NCBI RefSeq assembly: GCF_000143415.4
Contig: NW_003314262.1
Location: 4,710,389-4,774,388, forward strand
DNA from: Selaginella moellendorffii
Lineage: Eukaryota > Plantae > Lycopodiophyta
Direction of reading: 5' to 3'
Length of the DNA: 64,000 bases
The notes below the pieces were generated by a model. The model made no database searches. It saw only the letters and a program-made list of their open reading frames with translations, and was not told the origin of the DNA. Shown in pieces: positions 59,425-64,000 of this stretch. The translations under genes were made by a program, and so were the position numbers. Each line of letters starts with the position of its first letter. Position 1 is the stretch's first letter.

Positions 59425-60105
59425 GCATCTCGACGGCTTTGGAAAGCGTTTTCGAGCTTCGTCGAGCTTGAAGATGAGCTGAAGATCCCCAGGTTCCTCA
59501 GGTAACGGGATAATAGAAATCGCTTCTTCAAATCATCCAGGTACTGTGGAGGATCTCTCGCCCATGTTTCCATGTCCTTTTCTCAGGCGAAACTGTGGCG
59601 ATGAACGAGGAGAGTGTCGCCTCATTCTTTCCCTACGTTCCGGAGGCCGAGAAGGAGAACGATAGGAGAAGGTCCACAGACTCTTCCTATCCATCGAGGA
59701 CGAAAGTAAGTGAAGCTGGTTTTCTTCAAGCAAAGAGCAGAGAACTAAAGCAAGCGCAGGTATGAATTGGAATCCAAACTAGAGAAGTTAAAAATTATGT
59801 AGAGCAAGCCAGGTAAGACCAGGTATGGAATTGTCGATCATTTGTTCTCTCTTTATAACTCTGGAATCCAAACTTTGCAGAGAATACACACGAGATGAAA
59901 GGAAGTTAAGTTGTGCAGAATGACCATAAACTCCACCACTCTTGCTCGTCCATCCTGGGGTCCTGGATCTCACGTTCTCACCACACTTGATGTATCAAAT
60001 TAATTGATAGAAAGATTATTGGGAAGGCAGATTTTGCAGAAATATTATTGTTTCTCAAACTTTCTATACAACCATTGCATCTTAATGTAAATTAAACTTT
60101 TATAG

Positions 60106-60996
60106 TTAGCAAGATTTTACATCTGTTCCCCACATTCTTTTGATAACTGGATATTTTGAGAATCTATGTTGAGTAGATTCATATAATACTAAATTACAGT
60201 TATTTTGAAGTGATAAAAATGTGTTCATCATACAATTTTTATATTTGCAATATGTATTTGGAGACCATATAACTTTTTTGTTTCCAGAATAAAATACTAA
60301 ATTTCCATCTAGTTGTATTCTTAATTGACATCCACTATCATTTTCATATCCTTTCTTAGACCATTTTTCAATATTATAAATATAAAGTACTAATCTACAA
60401 TTTATATGTAAATATAAAATTGCTTTTTGATTTGGTGATACTAAGAATTCAGTAGACTTCAAGTAATAATAGGGCATAATACTTATTAATGTAGTAAGAT
60501 AAATTTTACAAACATTTAAGGAATTTAGTTTAGGAAATAGTAATTGGGGATTATGATTTTTGTAATTTGTAATAGTATATTGAATAGCATAATACTCAAG
60601 TACCATAGTAAAAAATGATGCACACAATCTTTCTAAAGTATTTCGATGGGATCTTAATAAGGCAGTTAAATATCTTTTAACATTATCTCCATCATCATAT
60701 TCAGGATCCTCTTGATCAGCAACACATAAAGGAAAAGATTTTCCTTTTGAACCATAAATCCACATTTCAGTAAAAATATTTAATTTTCCATAAATATCAT
60801 CTTCTAATGTAAATTGAAAATTCATACTTTGACCTTTAGGTAATTCTCCAGAAGATATATTATTAATCATTAAATCCATTGCATAAGTAATTAATTTAGC
60901 ACTTTCTTTTGACATTGCATTTTCTTCTCCATGTTCTATTTGTGAATTAATAGTACCAAAAAAATATAAATTAGTTAATATAAATATAATTTTCAT
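60106..60996 (-). CDS. Secreted protein with C-terminal bulb-type (GNA/B-lectin) domain, very AT-rich
   Basis: Signal-like N-terminus; LRIQLDGNLVFY..VIWS, LSLQNNCNLVLY, LVSPN. Confidence 0.7.
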   Translation of the reverse strand: MKIIFILTNLYFFGTINSQIEHGEENAMSKESAKLITYAMDLMINNISSGELPKGQSMNFQFTLEDDIYGKLNIFTEMWIYGSKGKSFPLCVADQEDPEYDDGDNVKRYLTALLRSHRNTLERLCASFFTMVLEYYAIQYTITNYKNHNPQLLFPKLNSLNVCKIYLTTLISIMPYYYLKSTEFLVSPNQKAILYLHINCRLVLYIYNIEKWSKKGYENDSGCQLRIQLDGNLVFYSGNKKVIWSPNTYCKYKNCMMNTFLSLQNNCNLVLYESTQHRFSKYPVIKRMWGTDVKSC

Positions 60997-61199
60997 TTTT
61001 ATTTTAAATAAAAAATAAAGAGTAGTTAATATAAAAACTTTTTTTAAAAAAATTTAATATTTTTGTAATTTACATTAAATTTAAAAAAAACCTAGTAAAT
61101 TTAAAAGAAGGGCATGTCAGATATTGTTTATGAGTTTATTTCTCTTGAACAAATGGCACTTCTCTTCTCTCTAGGCACTAAATGCCAAAGAGCTGGAAT

Positions 61200-64000
61200 G
61201 GCACCTTCTCAAGTGAATACTAATCATTTGTCATCCTCTTTATCCTAATTGTTGATTTTCAGCCACTCTCAAGCTATGATAGATCATTCATATTGTTTTA
61301 ACGCATTTGTAGTAATTATATATTTATTAATTTGGGAAATACTACTAAATTTGAGACTTGAAGGAATCTTTTGAAAAATAAGAATAAAAATATTTTTAGA
61401 ATATTCTTAAAATTTAATGCAGTATATTAAGTTTCAGCTAAGCTTTTTAACTAAAGCTCTACTCCCATAGATCTTACCAAAGCACAACAAACATTAAAAA
61501 TGAAAATATATATTATCATCTATTTGACATCCATTTAATAGTCTCTTGGAAATGCCTACTTTGTATTGGGTGGAACAGCCAACCATTATATTCATATATA
61601 AAAATGAATAAAAATTACCAAAATATTATCAATCATTTTGGAATCTATTAGATTTTTTAGTTGATTATGTGGACTATATGGGATAAACTATTGAACTTTG
61701 ACTTGTGTAATACCATATATAAGTTTTAAAGTTTCCACACATCTTCCTAACTATATTGGTAATGTATCATCTATTGGACAAACAAATATATCATATCTTT
61801 CAGTAATTTTAAAGACGGTAAAATTTTTTAAGGTGATTTTTTGGACCAATATAATGAGGTATTATAATGCACATGATTTTCACCCTTTATCCTATGGTGA
61901 TTTACCATAGGATAACCACGAAGTGGTACTTAAACCTTTTATATGCCATATATCACATGCCACATGTCTCTAAGGACAACGGAGTGGAACTCGAGTTTTA
62001 GAGCTTTCTGAGTGGATTACTACCTCTTGAGCATGGCAGTCAGATATGGGTGGGTTGCTGCTTCTTGAGCAAACTAGGTGTCCATGGTTAGCAATTTTTT
62101 TAAGCAAGTATTTTTTAACTAACTATTCTATTATGTTAAGCAAGTAATAGTGGTGAGCCTTGCAATGGCATTGTGGAGCTATCTCTTTTGTGGCATCTGG
62201 GAATGCTGTGGCCGCAACACCTAGGCAACTTTTGGAGCTCTTTTTCTTGATTTTGGTTTCTTTCTTAGGTAAATCTAAACTTAGTATTTTTAATTCTTCC
62301 CTTTTAACTTCCTCTTTTGTAGTTCTCGTGGTTCTCCTCATGGTTCTCCTTGTGGTTCTTTGGGGTTTTCTTCTTGAGAGAAGGTACAAAATATTTTTAG
62401 GATATTCTATCATCAGTTGGATTTTGTCAGCAAGCATAAAAAAAGACTTATGCTGAGCATAGAATATTTCTAGAATACTCCATGCAATTGCATTTTGTCA
62501 ACATGAGCACTCATGCATACATTGCACACGGAATATTTCTAATATTCTGTCATGCAATTGTCTATATGGGGTAATAGTGAGTAAGCACTCATGCTCCTAG
62601 CCCACGCTAAAGTGCACTACATGCTAGGGTGAGCACTCATGCTCCCATCCCATGCTAAAGTGCGCTATAGTTATGTTCTAATTGCATGTAAATAGTGTGT
62701 GAGTGTTCATGCTTTACTTGATTAAAGTGTAATATAGATGGTAAACAACTGTAAGCTTTTGTAGTGTAATAGATGGGATAGTAAACTTTTTGTGGTGCGT
62801 GAGCACTCACATAGAACATAGTTTCATCTATAGTAGATTTGTACTTATATATTTTACAAATGTTAGACATGAGAAGGAGAAGAGTTACTGTGGCAATGGC
62901 TAACCTACTTAGTAATGACCTTTATATTGCAGTTGAAAAGGTTTCTTTAGGCAGCAGCAATAGTCTCTTTGAGATTTTTTCATCAGAATCAAAGGGCTAT
63001 AAAGTGGGACAAAAGATCATATAGAATAGATAGGCAGTGGTACCTAAGATTCCCCTCTTGGCAAGGAGGGTTCCAAAAATTCCAAAAGATTGTGATGCTG
63101 AGGCAATTTTGGAATATAGAGCAAAGGCAAAGTTGGTCAATTCGAGATGATGCTAGTGATCTCATCTTTTGTAGCGAGGAGCTAAACAAGATAGACAAGT
63201 TGGTTGATAAAAAAATCTTACTTTGTTGGCATTTTGATAGAGAGGCATTTCAATTTTTTATTAATGTTGAAGGTATTTCTAAGCCAGTGGCTTTTGATCC
63301 AAAAAGCATACAACTTAGCTGTGCTAAAGAAATGATAGGATTAGATGCAATTAAATTTTGGGATACTTCATCAATAAGTGAGACTAAGCTTACAACATCA
63401 TCAAAATCAACGTTGCTGAACAATTGGAGGGATAGCTTTAAAGTGAAGATTCTTAGCCCTAACTAGTTTGCAAACTCAGTGGAACCATGTGAAGTTTCAC
63501 TAAAGGAAGCAAAAGTAGCATTCAGTAAAGTAAGAGTGGAACTAATTTGAATCAAAACTTGGAAATAAAGGTTTTTGGAAATGGTTTTGAAGGTGAAAGT
63601 GTGGATAGTGTATTAGAAGATGAAATAGTAAAGAAGAAGAAAGGAAAGCAAGGCATTGGTGAAAAAGCAATTGCAGTATTTTCAAAACATGCAATGCTTC
63701 AAAGATTGTAGAGATTGAGAAGCAATATTCTTTAATACAAAGTCTTAAGCTTGTGCATTTGCACATCTTGAAGTTTTAAGTGTTTGAGGAGCATAACTAA
63801 AGGCTACTATATGATCATTGGGTTTAAAGCTTGAAGGAAACCATCAGTGTTAATCCACAAGAACTTGATCCAGCTGTTATGGTGCCTTTCAAGATAGAAG
63901 ATGGAGTTGTGACATATATTTCTAATCCAAGGGATGTAAAATATGTCATTGATTTTAAAGACTTTGAGCAAAAGAAAAGAAGGAAAGCTAACAAAGAAGA
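61200..64000. mobile_element. Highly decayed relative of the Sola-like two-gene transposon (runs off the window; boundaries approximate)
   Basis: Minus strand has CHCKAH and MWHVIYGI (cf. transposase CCKRRC, AWRIIYGV). Plus strand has ASKIVE and HN*RLLYDHWV*SLKETISVNP..PAVMVPF (cf. AAKIVA, YNHRLVSDEWVEKLKQKMLASP..ADVIPY). Confidence 0.55.

Noticed and set aside
61887-61915. 12-bp-stem hairpin TTATCCTATGGT-GATTT-ACCATAGGATAA
   Set aside because: AT-rich with no adjacent CTRR end, so not supported as a Helitron terminus.

Overview
Eukaryotic plant genomic DNA. The gene density, 50-70 bp introns, TTTAGGG telo-boxes and intronless P-class PPR cluster suggest a lycophyte such as Selaginella (inference). 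Bases 1-~24.75 kb are one decayed minus-strand Ty3/Gypsy retrotransposon (gag-PR-RT-RH-INT). Two copies of the same large DNA transposon are inserted into it in opposite orientations. Copy A is 2938-10962 with TSD AAGA, and copy B is 13774-24630 with TSD ATCC; both have ~24-bp TIRs starting AAGCTCTATTT. The element has two divergent genes. One is a Sola-like DDD transposase with tandem Tnp1/En/Spm-like N-terminal domains. The other is a large multi-exon accessory gene that appears to combine a ParB/Srx-like domain, a degenerate DNA amino-methyltransferase-like fold, an acidic tract and an FCP1/HAD-phosphatase-like domain. The element is studded with a 22-bp palindrome (ATGGCRTG-N6-CAYGCCAT), and the two copies carry complementary deletions. 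A much older, decayed relative with the same two-gene layout and its own palindrome variant seems to occupy ~61.2-64 kb. From 25 to 60 kb is a compact host gene region: RH33/48-N-terminus-like, transglutaminase-like, bromodomain, UGT80-like, RPN6, eIF1A, mL40-like, TCAIM-like, a fungal-like intronless ORF, TIN1-like, WD40, four PPR genes and an AT-rich bulb-lectin ORF. All domain calls were made by eye from motif recognition; no searches were run.
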